A stretch of 64,000 nucleotides of DNA from a virus. The stretch lies in the IMG/VR virus record IMGVR_UViG_3300030329_003925, positions 1 to 64,000 of that record; one strand, given 5' to 3'. The position numbers were made by a program, and so were the translations under genes. A model generated the notes under the pieces. The model was not told where the DNA came from. It made no database searches and worked only from the letters and a program-made list of their open reading frames with translations. Of the stretch, positions 50,274 to 59,967 are shown piece by piece (position 1 is the first letter of the stretch; each line of letters starts with the position of its first letter).

Positions 50274-50997
50274 GTTGTTTCTCCAATTCTTTCCTAATAA
50301 GTAGTTCCGTCATTTGCCAATTTTCGACTTGGCAGGCGGTATCTCCTGCTTTTAAGGCTCTCGCGGCTGGGAAGTCATTACCATTCGGTCCCATCTTGTC
50401 GCCCATGAATACAATTGGCAAACCATGAATCTCGCGCACCATGTTAACTGCTTGAGACTTATCTTTGCCCTTGGGATAAATGTCAATACTTATTTCTCCT
50501 CCGATGGAAACATCCACGTTTCTAAACTCTTTGGGCTGCGCCAGAATTGTGATGGCAATACTCATACGCTCACGCTTGCGCTCATCCCACTCATGGTATC
50601 TGGCTCGTTCTTCCAGCGTAGCGTTTCGCCCCACAACGGAGAAGTTTAACATTCCCGGTCGGTGCTCAAAATGCTTCCCCGTCTTGAGAGGGAAGTCCGA
50701 CTCCTCCACGCAGCGTTCGAGAAAAGTTACTAATTGCGGGTGAGGCTGAAATTCATGGCTATAAACCCTCTTGCCCCTTTCCCAGAATTCATTTCCAGAG
50801 CAGGCGAAAACTCCTTGGCACATCGTCAGGACACGCTTGTCTACCTGTTCTCTCGCCTTCTCGATGTCGCTCCCTGTTGCCAAATACACGATGTTTTCCT
50901 TGGCGAATGGGAGAAAAAACTCCGCGAAGTTCTCATCCATCTTTTGACGTGGCGGCGTGAGTGTACCGTCGATGTCAAACAAATATACTTTACTCAT
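50257..50997 (-). CDS. HAD-IIB phosphomannomutase-like enzyme (eukaryotic PMM type)
   Basis: FDIDGTLTPPR, GSD, RPGMLNFSVVGR, IGGEISIDIYPKGKDK, GDKM..GND. Confidence 0.9.
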   Translation of the reverse strand: MSKVYLFDIDGTLTPPRQKMDENFAEFFLPFAKENIVYLATGSDIEKAREQVDKRVLTMCQGVFACSGNEFWERGKRVYSHEFQPHPQLVTFLERCVEESDFPLKTGKHFEHRPGMLNFSVVGRNATLEERARYHEWDERKRERMSIAITILAQPKEFRNVDVSIGGEISIDIYPKGKDKSQAVNMVREIHGLPIVFMGDKMGPNGNDFPAARALKAGDTACQVENWQMTELLIRKELEKQHGEKE

Positions 50998-51187
50998 CTA
51001 AGCCTCTGCGGTTGGTGTTAATCCCTCTAAGATGACCTCCGACAAATTCTCCATCATGGCTTTGTCTGCATCTTTTATCTCCTCAAGCATGAACCAGAGT
51101 GCTTCGTTTTCATCCTTGAGTCTTTCTATTTCTTCTTCTGCTTCTTTCAATTGCTGGAGCAGTACGTCGTGCTGTGGGCAGGTCATT

Positions 51188-52194
51188 TTACCACTCCTTG
51201 CAGGACCAGTAGCCTGCTGTGAGTTTATCTTTTTTGTCATCGCAGTTATGACGCGCACGGAAATTGGACTTTCTGTCTGGATCATCGCTCTTGTCTTCCA
51301 AGTTGGCATCGCCAAACCGAACAATACTCTCTTTGCCGTCCTGACAGCCTTTAACAACCTTTTGCTTCTTTCCGTATCCCGGCTCTCCTTTGCGAATGTA
51401 GCGGGGACTATTGCATTTCATCCGGTCCTTGTCGGTCCCCTCTGCTTCTTCAAGGGACTCTTCCTTGGTAGCTTTTTTCCATGACTTTTCGTCTGGATAG
51501 TCCTTGTCCCCCGGCTTTGCAGGGGCTTCGCCACGCGCTCTTTTGGCACGGATATTCTGAAACAGATTAGAACCTTCAGCGAGTGCCTCGATTTCTTCCC
51601 TTATGAGGGATTCAAGAAATTCACGTTTCATGGTCAAGCACTCTTCTTAGCCTGAGCAGTGGCAATCGCCATCTTCTTGTCCATTGGCATATCAGGATTG
51701 TCTTTCTCCATAGCCTTGGCAATCTCTTCTCGTTTGTCTTCTTCTGCGTCGGTCAGCTTTCTTTCCGCAAGTTCGTCTTGATCAACAAGGTGGTCGTACT
51801 CACCGCGTTCCCACTTCTGGTCTTCGATCCATTCCTCGTCAACAAAGCCTTGACTGACTTTCGACATGGCAGCTTCAGCAGCAACACCAAGCTCACGAAC
51901 CATCGCCATAGCCTCTTTGCCAGAGATACCTCCGGTGATAGCCATGTTCCCAAGAGCCGCAAGGAAGCCATCAAGGTTGTCAACCTCGCCCGTGGGAAGC
52001 CTGATGTTTCCACCAGTCAATATGGAATCGAACAACTCCTCCGTCACGTCTGTGGTCCACTGGTCCATCATGCGTTCTTGGTCGGTCATCTCGCTTCCGT
52101 AATTAGGAGAGAGGTCTGTTAGCTCATAAGCCTCAAGCACCTTTGCTGCCTCTTCTTTGATGATTTGTCTAATTTCTTTGGTTGTGATTTTCAT
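51188..52194 (-). CDS. Two tagged hypothetical proteins (51634-52194, 51188-51637)
   Basis: MKITTKEIRQIIKEE; MKREFLESLIREE...FRARHNC...YWSC; late motif at 52218-52225. Confidence 0.7.
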
Positions 52195-52227
52195 TCCGAA
52201 TCCTCCGGGGATATTTATAAATAGTAT

Positions 52228-52881
52228 TCATTCCGCCCCAAAACCCAATTCTTTTAACTCTGCGATAGCCGAGGCTGAATCTCCAAAGGCACACCGAATG
52301 GCGATACCTCCATGCTCTGCCCAAGGAATCAAGTTCTTGTCCCAATCGTCGATCAAGATGTTGGGTCTTCCATCTGTGGTTGCCCACTTCCACTTATCGT
52401 GGCTCATGTAAATCTTGGTTGGCTGCGGGTTTAGGTGACTGCTTATCCATGCTCGTTTGCCCTCCTGTGACCCTTCGTCCATCGGAGAAGTGAGGATGTA
52501 AGGGCTATAGGGCGAGATAAAACTCCACAATTCCTGACCTCCCGGCATCTCTGGGAGTTCTGACCAGAACCTAACATCGTCACCAAAATTCTTATACATG
52601 TAGTTGCGAACTGCTTTACTGTTACTTCCACCGCCCTTTCTCAAGTCCGTCACATCAATTTGTAACTCTCGATCAGCGGCGACCAGAGCTTTACGCACCC
52701 TTCCTATGTTTGTAATTCCCCCCGTAGGCTTGCGGTCGGGCTTAGAGTCGTCGAGGAGTTCAATGTTAATCTGATCGACGACCCCCTTTTCAAAGTCCAC
52801 AAGGACGCCATCCATGTCGCAATAGATTTGCGGCAACCGATTTTGCTCCTCGTTGAGAAAATTTAACCAACCCTTATACAT
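52228..52881 (-). CDS. Tagged HAD 5'(3')-nucleotidase-like phosphatase
   Basis: MYKGWLNFLNEE; YCDMDGVL, ILTSP, ILIDD. Confidence 0.85.
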   Translation of the reverse strand: MYKGWLNFLNEEQNRLPQIYCDMDGVLVDFEKGVVDQINIELLDDSKPDRKPTGGITNIGRVRKALVAADRELQIDVTDLRKGGGSNSKAVRNYMYKNFGDDVRFWSELPEMPGGQELWSFISPYSPYILTSPMDEGSQEGKRAWISSHLNPQPTKIYMSHDKWKWATTDGRPNILIDDWDKNLIPWAEHGGIAIRCAFGDSASAIAELKELGFGAE

Positions 52882-53666
52882 TATAACTGCCTCAAGCTCC
52901 GTGGGATATATCTCATCACGATGCAACCGGGGATTTCTCGACTGTTAATGGTCGGAATAAGAATCTGCTTGACGTAGGTTTGCCCCGTCATGGCTTCTTT
53001 AGCTGGGTGAAATTTCACCCGAATAGTCGAGACGATCCCCCCTCCGCTCTTTTGGGATTGGAGGGAGGATACTATTGTCACGCCGGGAATTGAGCGAATG
53101 TCAGCCAAGGTATCGTCAATTCCAGCTTGCCTCTGAATCTTGATGACAAGCTCGGCTTCAAACACTCTTAGCTTCTCTTCTTCAGCCTCGTTAAGAAGGT
53201 CGTACAATTCCTCATCATCGTAGTAATCGTCTTCGCTTTCCAGCTTGTCCGTTACCGATGCTTCAGATTCTATCTCGACGATAGCGTGGGGGGGTACATC
53301 ACCAACGAGATAATATGCGTCGAAGTCGGGTAGCTCCATATCGTCGTGAACTTCTGGTGTAGGCTTCATCTTAGCGATATTAACCTTTACAAATACAAAG
53401 GGAGGCTGTGCGCCTCCAAATATACCAGAGTCAGGACGAGAAAACGCAGCCATAAAAGCAGAGTCTTGCGAAGAAAAAAGATAAACTCTCTTCTCTTTGG
53501 CATCCTCTTCGCTGTATGAATAATCACGGTCACCGGCTTGAGAGGAACCACGAATACCGTGGGCTTTAATACCCTCTTCGTTTTCCGCACCAGTTACATG
53601 ATAGTACATTCTTGGCTTTTGATATTGAGCCTCTTCCCTAAACTTCTGCCAACCTTCTAAAATCAT
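52881..53666 (-). CDS. Tagged ADP-ribosyltransferase-fold protein (Tpt1/KptA-like) plus a second C-terminal module
   Basis: MILEGWQKFREE; YHVT..ENEEGIKAHGIR, VYL, GDVPPHAI. Confidence 0.55.
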   Translation of the reverse strand: MILEGWQKFREEAQYQKPRMYYHVTGAENEEGIKAHGIRGSSQAGDRDYSYSEEDAKEKRVYLFSSQDSAFMAAFSRPDSGIFGGAQPPFVFVKVNIAKMKPTPEVHDDMELPDFDAYYLVGDVPPHAIVEIESEASVTDKLESEDDYYDDEELYDLLNEAEEEKLRVFEAELVIKIQRQAGIDDTLADIRSIPGVTIVSSLQSQKSGGGIVSTIRVKFHPAKEAMTGQTYVKQILIPTINSREIPGCIVMRYIPRSLRQL

Positions 53667-53707
53667 AGACTTCTCCATTCCCATCATAAATAGTTTCCGA
53701 AACAAGA

Positions 53708-53729
53708 AAGGCACCCAAAGGGGTGCCTT
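53708..53729 (-). terminator. Terminator-like hairpin after the Hsp20 gene
   Basis: AAGGCACCC/GGGTGCCTT inverted repeat. Confidence 0.7.
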
Positions 53730-53757
53730 CGATGTGAAAGATAGTCAATAATGCTGC

Positions 53758-54186
53758 CTAACTGATCTCAATTCGACGTGCAGTTGGGACCACCTTTTCA
53801 GCCTTGGGAATCTCTACAATGAGAACGCCATCGCTGTAATCAGCCTTGACCCCATCAAGGTCAATGTTATCTCCAAGTGACCACGACTTTTCAAAAGAGT
53901 TCTGGAATCTGTAATTTGAGTTTTCAGAATTCTCTTGGTCAAAAGAAATGGTTAGACGACCGTCTGCCACATCCACCTTAATATCGTCACGGGATACGCC
54001 GGGAGTCGCCAGCGTAATAACGTGCTTGTCATTTAGGGTTTCAATGTTCGTTCGTGGACCCATCACTGACGGACGACGAGCCATTGGATCAAACATCTCA
54101 AAGATGTCCTTGAAATCTTCAAATAGCGAATCCATGCTTGTATGGCGCATGGGCGAAAGAGTTGGGTTATAGCGAATAAGTGACAT
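53758..54186 (-). CDS. Hsp20/alpha-crystallin small heat-shock protein
   Basis: PGVSRDDIKV, FEKSWSL, ADYSDGVLIVEIPK. Confidence 0.92.
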   Translation of the reverse strand: MSLIRYNPTLSPMRHTSMDSLFEDFKDIFEMFDPMARRPSVMGPRTNIETLNDKHVITLATPGVSRDDIKVDVADGRLTISFDQENSENSNYRFQNSFEKSWSLGDNIDLDGVKADYSDGVLIVEIPKAEKVVPTARRIEIS

Positions 54187-54243
54187 TAAAATTTCTCCTT
54201 TTATGGGCTTCTCGCCCTGTCAACATAATATAACCACCCTCAA

Positions 54244-54609
54244 CTAAGGTGTCAAGGGGGCTTTCCAAAGAATCTGAATTGCAATAATGAGGCAAGACAA
54301 GAAAACACAAACCAAGGTCTTGGGAGTGAACATGCTCTCGTTCAGTAGCCACCAAGTCAGGAGGGGAAAAGAGATGTAGGACATCCCAAACCCCAGAAAA
54401 CGTGGACCCCATAATTCTCCCATAGCACCATAGGCATACTTTGTGCCGTACCAGATACAAATGGTAGTGGGAATCCCAAAAACAATAGCTGCAAAAATAG
54501 GCTTATCAGCCCACCACTTCCAGACTAACTGGGAGTTGGTCCCGAACCACGCACCAATTTGCCCCATCAAAAAGAACAGGCAACCTAAAAATAGCTTCTG
54601 ATAATCCAC
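54244..54609 (-). CDS. Four-helix membrane protein
   Basis: Hydrophobic 121-aa ORF. Confidence 0.65.
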   Translation of the reverse strand: MDYQKLFLGCLFFLMGQIGAWFGTNSQLVWKWWADKPIFAAIVFGIPTTICIWYGTKYAYGAMGELWGPRFLGFGMSYISFPLLTWWLLNESMFTPKTLVCVFLSCLIIAIQILWKAPLTP

Positions 54610-55029
54610 CTACTCTTCCCCCACTGCCCACTTGCAGTATTCATAAAGGCACTTCTTCCTGATGTTTGACCACTTCTTGTTGTTCACTTTGATTCCCAAA
54701 TTGTCTGCCAGTTCGTAAGCAGCTTCCCACGCCAACACTTCATTCCTAACCACATCAATGGCACTGGCTTTAGAAAACCTCTTCCTAAAGGGCTGATGAA
54801 TGATGTTAGGGAACAGACCTATGTGGTCGTACTCCTCGTATAAAACGATGTGTCCAGCTTCATGCAACAAGGTATAGAGTCGAGTCTCCAAATGCTGCCG
54901 AGTGTTGATGGTTATAATCTTGTCCTCTTCCGAACATGCGTTTGGTTCGTCGTAGCCAAAAGATATAAATACATCATACTTGTCAGCCAGATACGCTTCC
55001 AAGTGGTCTATGTCGTCTTGAAAGTTCAT
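54610..55029 (-). CDS. ImmA/IrrE-like HExxH metallopeptidase
   Basis: YTLLHEAGH...NEVLAW. Confidence 0.7.
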   Translation of the reverse strand: MNFQDDIDHLEAYLADKYDVFISFGYDEPNACSEEDKIITINTRQHLETRLYTLLHEAGHIVLYEEYDHIGLFPNIIHQPFRKRFSKASAIDVVRNEVLAWEAAYELADNLGIKVNNKKWSNIRKKCLYEYCKWAVGEE

Positions 55030-56306
55030 AACTTACGACCTTTGCCCCAGAAATTCTTATTGTTCCTCTGGTCGATTAAGAGGCATACGGATATTACCTT
55101 CTTATCCTCAAGCACGTTAAACCAATTCGGTGTCAGCTTGCCATAGCGGGGCTTACGGTGCCTTCGCGTCAAAGGCTTGTTCAGAAAATTGACGCACCCC
55201 TGCACAATCTGTTCGTCGTCGTAGCCAGCTTCCCGATGCGACTCATAGTCCACGTCGATATAAGCTACCACAGACCACACCTTCTTTCCATAGCCCTTCA
55301 CAGGCAGTGCGGAACTGCTGTAATGTCCACACTTCTTCTTTTTTCCATCGTTGTTGTCCAGAACGAACCACTCGCTCAACTCCTTGAACGAGCACTCAAA
55401 CTCAAGCTGGTCCCCCATGCTACCCCCTAAGAATTTGTTTCTGCTTTAATTTCGACTCCACAACGTGAGGGGCACCAACCACAAAAATATCCATGCCCGT
55501 GTTGAGAAATAGCCTCGTAAACTCCATACGACCATCCAACTCACTGGGTAGTCTCCCTTCACTTAACAGCCCTTTCATGGCTACATCTTCTCTCAACATA
55601 GTTACCTGCTCAGGATTTACAAATACCTCGCGCAACATGTATTCCGAGCGCGTACTGATGTCGGTGCCAATCTTGGCAACCTCTACAAGTTTAACTACCA
55701 TCTTTCCTCCTCGGTTTATAAAGATCCTTCCGCAAAGCAAACCACCTCTCCCCCTTATACATCACAGGGCAAAAGGTATCATCTGTCGAGCCGTAGCGAT
55801 TCGAAGAAGACGATCTTTCTGCGATAAGAAGCAGGGTCGGCTCTTCCAATTTTATTGTTCTGCCCCCCGTGTGCAGGAGAGCGTTCTGGGGGGCGTAGAC
55901 TAATTCACCCACTTTCGTTGCTTCTGGAATCAGATTCATTCTTCTTCTCCTGTAATTTTCTTATTTCCTCTTCAGCCCAAGCAACCTGCTCTGGCGTAAA
56001 AGCAACAGAAGGCTGTTGAGGGTTCGCAGAGGACGAATCCTTAACTGACAGGTCTGCCAATGCCTTAGAGTACGCACTCAGAATGTGCATACAGTCGTCC
56101 ATTCTAAAATCAATGGTACTCAGCAAGGTTCGCAGTGCCCCTATCTCCTCAACTGCAACAACATAGTTCTTTTCAGCGATACGACGTACACACGACTCCA
56201 GCGTCTCTTGAAGTTCGTTCAGTTGTCCATCCACTTCACCGAAAAAAGAAAGCACTCTTTCTGGAACCTCGTCCAGTTCCACTGAATAACTTATGTTTAC
56301 TCTCAT
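55026..56306 (-). CDS. Four hypothetical proteins (55905-56306, 55691-55939, 55420-55701, 55026-55418)
   Basis: Contiguous ORFs behind the promoter at 56324-56352. Confidence 0.6.
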
Positions 56307-56355
56307 ATTCTTCCCTCCCATACAATGTAACCCATTAGTGGGCACATGTCAATCT

Positions 56356-57903
56356 TTATTTTTGGACGATAGCAAAATTGGTGGTAACAAGGGTAGAAGC
56401 TGCCGATGCAGCGTTCTGGAGAGCGCATCTGGTTACTTTGAAGGGGTCTACAACGCCTTCTGCGAACATATCCGACATCTTACCCTTGGCAAAATCCCAC
56501 CCCTTAGAACCGCTTGTTTTGCGGATTTTATCAACGACCACATCTGGGCTATCTCCGGCATTTTTAGCCATCTGGCGCACAGGCTCAAGGATAGCTTCCC
56601 GAACAATATGTGCTCCGTTTGTTTTCAGTTTGAGTTTCTGTGAGGCTCGGACCAAACTTACTCCTCCACCTGCCAAGATACCCTCCTGCTGGGCTGAACG
56701 AACTGCTTCCAGCGCATCTTCGATGCGATGACGCTTCTCAATCATTTCAACTTCCGTGGCTGCACCCACTCGGATAACTGCCACCCCGCTATTGAGGCGG
56801 CTAATACGGTCTTGGATACGCTCACATTCATACATGGAGTCTGTTTGCACCAACTCAACCTGCAACGCCTCAATCTTCCGTGTTATATCGTCGGGATCTC
56901 CCTTCCCTCCAATTACTGTTGTTTCGCCCTTGATTGCGTCAATCTTGCGGCACAAGCCAAGATGCTCAAGTCGGGCATCTTTCAGGCGAACGCCCGTCTC
57001 GCGTGAAACAAAAGTGGCTCCCACTGACAATGCCAAGTCTTTAAGGATATTCTTTCTCTCCTCGCCATAGCGAGGTGCCTTGACAGCCGCAACCTTCATC
57101 GAACCTCGGATCGAATTCATAATCAGAGCCGCAAGCCCTTGACCCTCAAACTCGGATCCAACAATTACAAATGGGCGAGCCTCTCTCGCAACCTGTTCTA
57201 AAACTGGCAAAATATCTTGGACATTTTCTATCTTCTCGTCGGTAACCATAATCAAAGGCTCGTCATATACCACAGCACCACGACGCTCGTTGTTCACAAA
57301 CGATGAAGACACATATCCTCCCTCAAATCTAAACCCTTCCACCAAGTCTAGTGAAGTCTCGATGGATCGCGCCTCCTCAACCGTGATGGAACCATCCTTG
57401 CCTGCGCTGCTGATAGCCAGTGCTACCAATTTGCCAATCTTCTCGTCATTGTTGGCGGAGATGGTGGCGATATGACGAATATCGTCTTCGCTCTCGATGG
57501 GTCGTGCAAGCCCCTCTAAGTTTTCCACGACCTTTTCCACGGCTTCGTCGATTTCTCTTTTGAGGACCACTGGCGAACAGCCAACTTGGATATGGCTCTG
57601 AGCATTTTTATAAATTGCCCGCGCCAGCACAGTTGCGGTTGTTGTTCCATCGCCTGCCATTGAATTTGTTTGTGCGGCAGCTTGCTTGATAATCTGAACC
57701 CCCACATCCTCAAATGGATTCTCCAAATCAATGAAGTTGGCGACGGTCACGCCGTCCTTGGTGATCACCGGAGAACCCTCAGTCCCCTTCAGAATCACGT
57801 TGCGACCCCGTGGACCCAATGTAGATGCCACGTTGTCTGCCAGCACGTCAATGCCAGCCAAAATCTTCTGGCGTAACGCCATTCCCGAATCATAATGCTT
57901 CAC
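56356..57903 (-). CDS. groEL: GroEL-like chaperonin lacking the GGM tail
   Basis: TLGPRGRNV, ITKDGVTVA, GDGTTTATVL, GILAGGG. Confidence 0.95.
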   Translation of the reverse strand: MKHYDSGMALRQKILAGIDVLADNVASTLGPRGRNVILKGTEGSPVITKDGVTVANFIDLENPFEDVGVQIIKQAAAQTNSMAGDGTTTATVLARAIYKNAQSHIQVGCSPVVLKREIDEAVEKVVENLEGLARPIESEDDIRHIATISANNDEKIGKLVALAISSAGKDGSITVEEARSIETSLDLVEGFRFEGGYVSSSFVNNERRGAVVYDEPLIMVTDEKIENVQDILPVLEQVAREARPFVIVGSEFEGQGLAALIMNSIRGSMKVAAVKAPRYGEERKNILKDLALSVGATFVSRETGVRLKDARLEHLGLCRKIDAIKGETTVIGGKGDPDDITRKIEALQVELVQTDSMYECERIQDRISRLNSGVAVIRVGAATEVEMIEKRHRIEDALEAVRSAQQEGILAGGGVSLVRASQKLKLKTNGAHIVREAILEPVRQMAKNAGDSPDVVVDKIRKTSGSKGWDFAKGKMSDMFAEGVVDPFKVTRCALQNAASAASTLVTTNFAIVQK

Positions 57904-58817
57904 TATATACCTCTTTCTTTTGGATATGGTAGGTTCGTTAAATGCGGGTTCAACTCAGCAAAAAGACCACGCAAATGCTTTGTCTCTTTCTTCGTAGCCC
58001 CTAAAATGTAAGCATATTTATGCTTTGGCTTAGTGTCCCTAACCAAACAACTTTGCCTGTATCTCTTTTCTTCTGCCTTGATGTCTAACTTAACCTGTTC
58101 TGGCACCTTTGTCCAGTCTGGTGAATACTTTTTCATCCATTTTTTGAACTGCTCTCGACCAACCCCTATGTTATCCGCATACATATAATACTTCGACTTG
58201 TGTCGGAAGTTGCGGTCAGAGAACCAACCTCGCTCTGGGTGCGCTGGGTCGAAGTATTGCTTTGAGGTTCCTGATGTTTGACCAAGGTACAAGAAGTTGC
58301 AAGCCTGATAGATTGTCCCAAGCTCTTTTGCTTCGGGGTCCGAGTAAGCCGTGAAGACTCTGAAGTCTGTATTCTTTACCATCCACCTCACAGACCCCAT
58401 GACGAGCCTTGAGTTCAATCCCTTGGGTGTCCACGCTGCACAGGCACCACGGGAAATTAGTTTCTCCATGTCTCGATTCTCTTTTCCGAGCAAGTTAGAA
58501 AATGTATTCGGGGTTGCCATCACTACTGCGCCACCCATGTAAGGACCGAACATCGCGGAGAACCGATGGGTAGGGCGAGCAGGCATCTTGCCAAGCCATT
58601 CATACTTCTCGATGAAATGTCGAACCTTCTCGCAGCCCTCCGAATCACTCTTGTCGATATATTCGACATCAAAGTCGCGAGGCTGAAAAGCAGCAATCAT
58701 CGAACTGCTCATATTGAGGCTCTCTAGGTCGTGTCGAAACCAAGTCTTCTTGACCTCGTATTGCCAACAATGGGAGCCGCTGTATTCCTTGAAGCGGTTA
58801 TAAACTTCTTCTTTCAA
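57903..58817 (-). CDS. Mom-like (GNAT-fold) DNA modification protein
   Basis: FIEKYEWLGK, ISRG...NSRL, AYSDP...GTIYQACNFLYLG, KHKY. Confidence 0.7.
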   Translation of the reverse strand: MKEEVYNRFKEYSGSHCWQYEVKKTWFRHDLESLNMSSSMIAAFQPRDFDVEYIDKSDSEGCEKVRHFIEKYEWLGKMPARPTHRFSAMFGPYMGGAVVMATPNTFSNLLGKENRDMEKLISRGACAAWTPKGLNSRLVMGSVRWMVKNTDFRVFTAYSDPEAKELGTIYQACNFLYLGQTSGTSKQYFDPAHPERGWFSDRNFRHKSKYYMYADNIGVGREQFKKWMKKYSPDWTKVPEQVKLDIKAEEKRYRQSCLVRDTKPKHKYAYILGATKKETKHLRGLFAELNPHLTNLPYPKERGI

Positions 58818-58824
58818 CGATACC

Positions 58825-59967
58825 TCACATAATCTTGGAAATGATTTTCTCTAAGTCTTCTCGATTTCGCAAATTGAGAGGGCTTTTCTCCAGCCTCCCC
58901 TTAATCTTGATAGCCACGTTAAACGAAGTTGCACTGTTTGTGCCCATCGAAGGCTTTAACCGAAGTCGGACGAGTGACTGAAGACCGCTCTCCGAAAACA
59001 ATGGGATGCCAAACTCTTTTGCGTCGGCAGCGTTGAGAGCATAAAGACCCCAATTGCCAAGCTGAATAAACCTGTCTCCCTTGTCGGCGTAATAGTTAGA
59101 AATCATCTCAAATGGGAACTCTATCTTCTTGTCCGTCTTGCCCCCAAACCATTCGGCTTCCAACTGACGCTTGAATTCTCCGGTGGTGGGCGAGCGCTTC
59201 AAGCCTGTTATGACTTGCCCTACCACGTTTTCCCTATCTGCACTCATGAGATTACGCATCTGGAACCTCTCATCGTAAGGCTCTGACATCACATAACTCT
59301 TTTGCACATAGTCGTCAACGTAGTTCTCATAGATGGGCATGAAGACCTTCATGTTTTCTAAGAACTTGGACGTAGTAGAAGGCTCCCATCTTCCGTCGCC
59401 CGTATCATAGCGAAGCCGAAACTGCCCAAAGTCGGCAGAGATGCCGGTCTTTACTTCGATAGTTAGTTCACCGTTAGGTCCAGAAAGAGTCAAATCCGAA
59501 CCATGCCCAGAGCCAGCACTCTCCGCACTGATCGCTTTACCAGCGATTTCTTGTGCCATTTTTACAAATTTCTCTTCCTCGTGCGCTCCAACATCTGCCG
59601 CCCTCTCGCCAAACGGGGGCTTAAAAAGAATATACACCGAACCCTCTTGGCGATCAATCCGCTGAAGCCTTCCTAAAGTGGAGCCGTCATCGCGATGCTC
59701 GTAGCCCAATGGTGCAAGCATTTGTGTCATCTTGTCCATGACGTTGACGCGCTCGGGCGAACGAATTCTTATAACATTGTAGCGAGGCAGGTCATAGTGG
59801 TATCCCTCTCTCTCGACAATATCAAGTGCCTTCTGAAGTTCTACGCCAGTATCGCGCACGAATACTTCGGATAACTCCCCCTCTACCATTTCAAACAAAA
59901 GGGAGCTAACATCCTTCTTGGGTGCAGGCTCATAGTATTCTTTTACCAGTTGCTCAAATGATTTCAT
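58825..59967 (-). CDS. PD-(D/E)xK nuclease-like protein with a T4-CTS-like N-terminus
   Basis: MKSFEQLVKE; E...SDLTL...IEVKT...DFGQ. Confidence 0.55.
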   Translation of the reverse strand: MKSFEQLVKEYYEPAPKKDVSSLLFEMVEGELSEVFVRDTGVELQKALDIVEREGYHYDLPRYNVIRIRSPERVNVMDKMTQMLAPLGYEHRDDGSTLGRLQRIDRQEGSVYILFKPPFGERAADVGAHEEEKFVKMAQEIAGKAISAESAGSGHGSDLTLSGPNGELTIEVKTGISADFGQFRLRYDTGDGRWEPSTTSKFLENMKVFMPIYENYVDDYVQKSYVMSEPYDERFQMRNLMSADRENVVGQVITGLKRSPTTGEFKRQLEAEWFGGKTDKKIEFPFEMISNYYADKGDRFIQLGNWGLYALNAADAKEFGIPLFSESGLQSLVRLRLKPSMGTNSATSFNVAIKIKGRLEKSPLNLRNREDLEKIISKIM

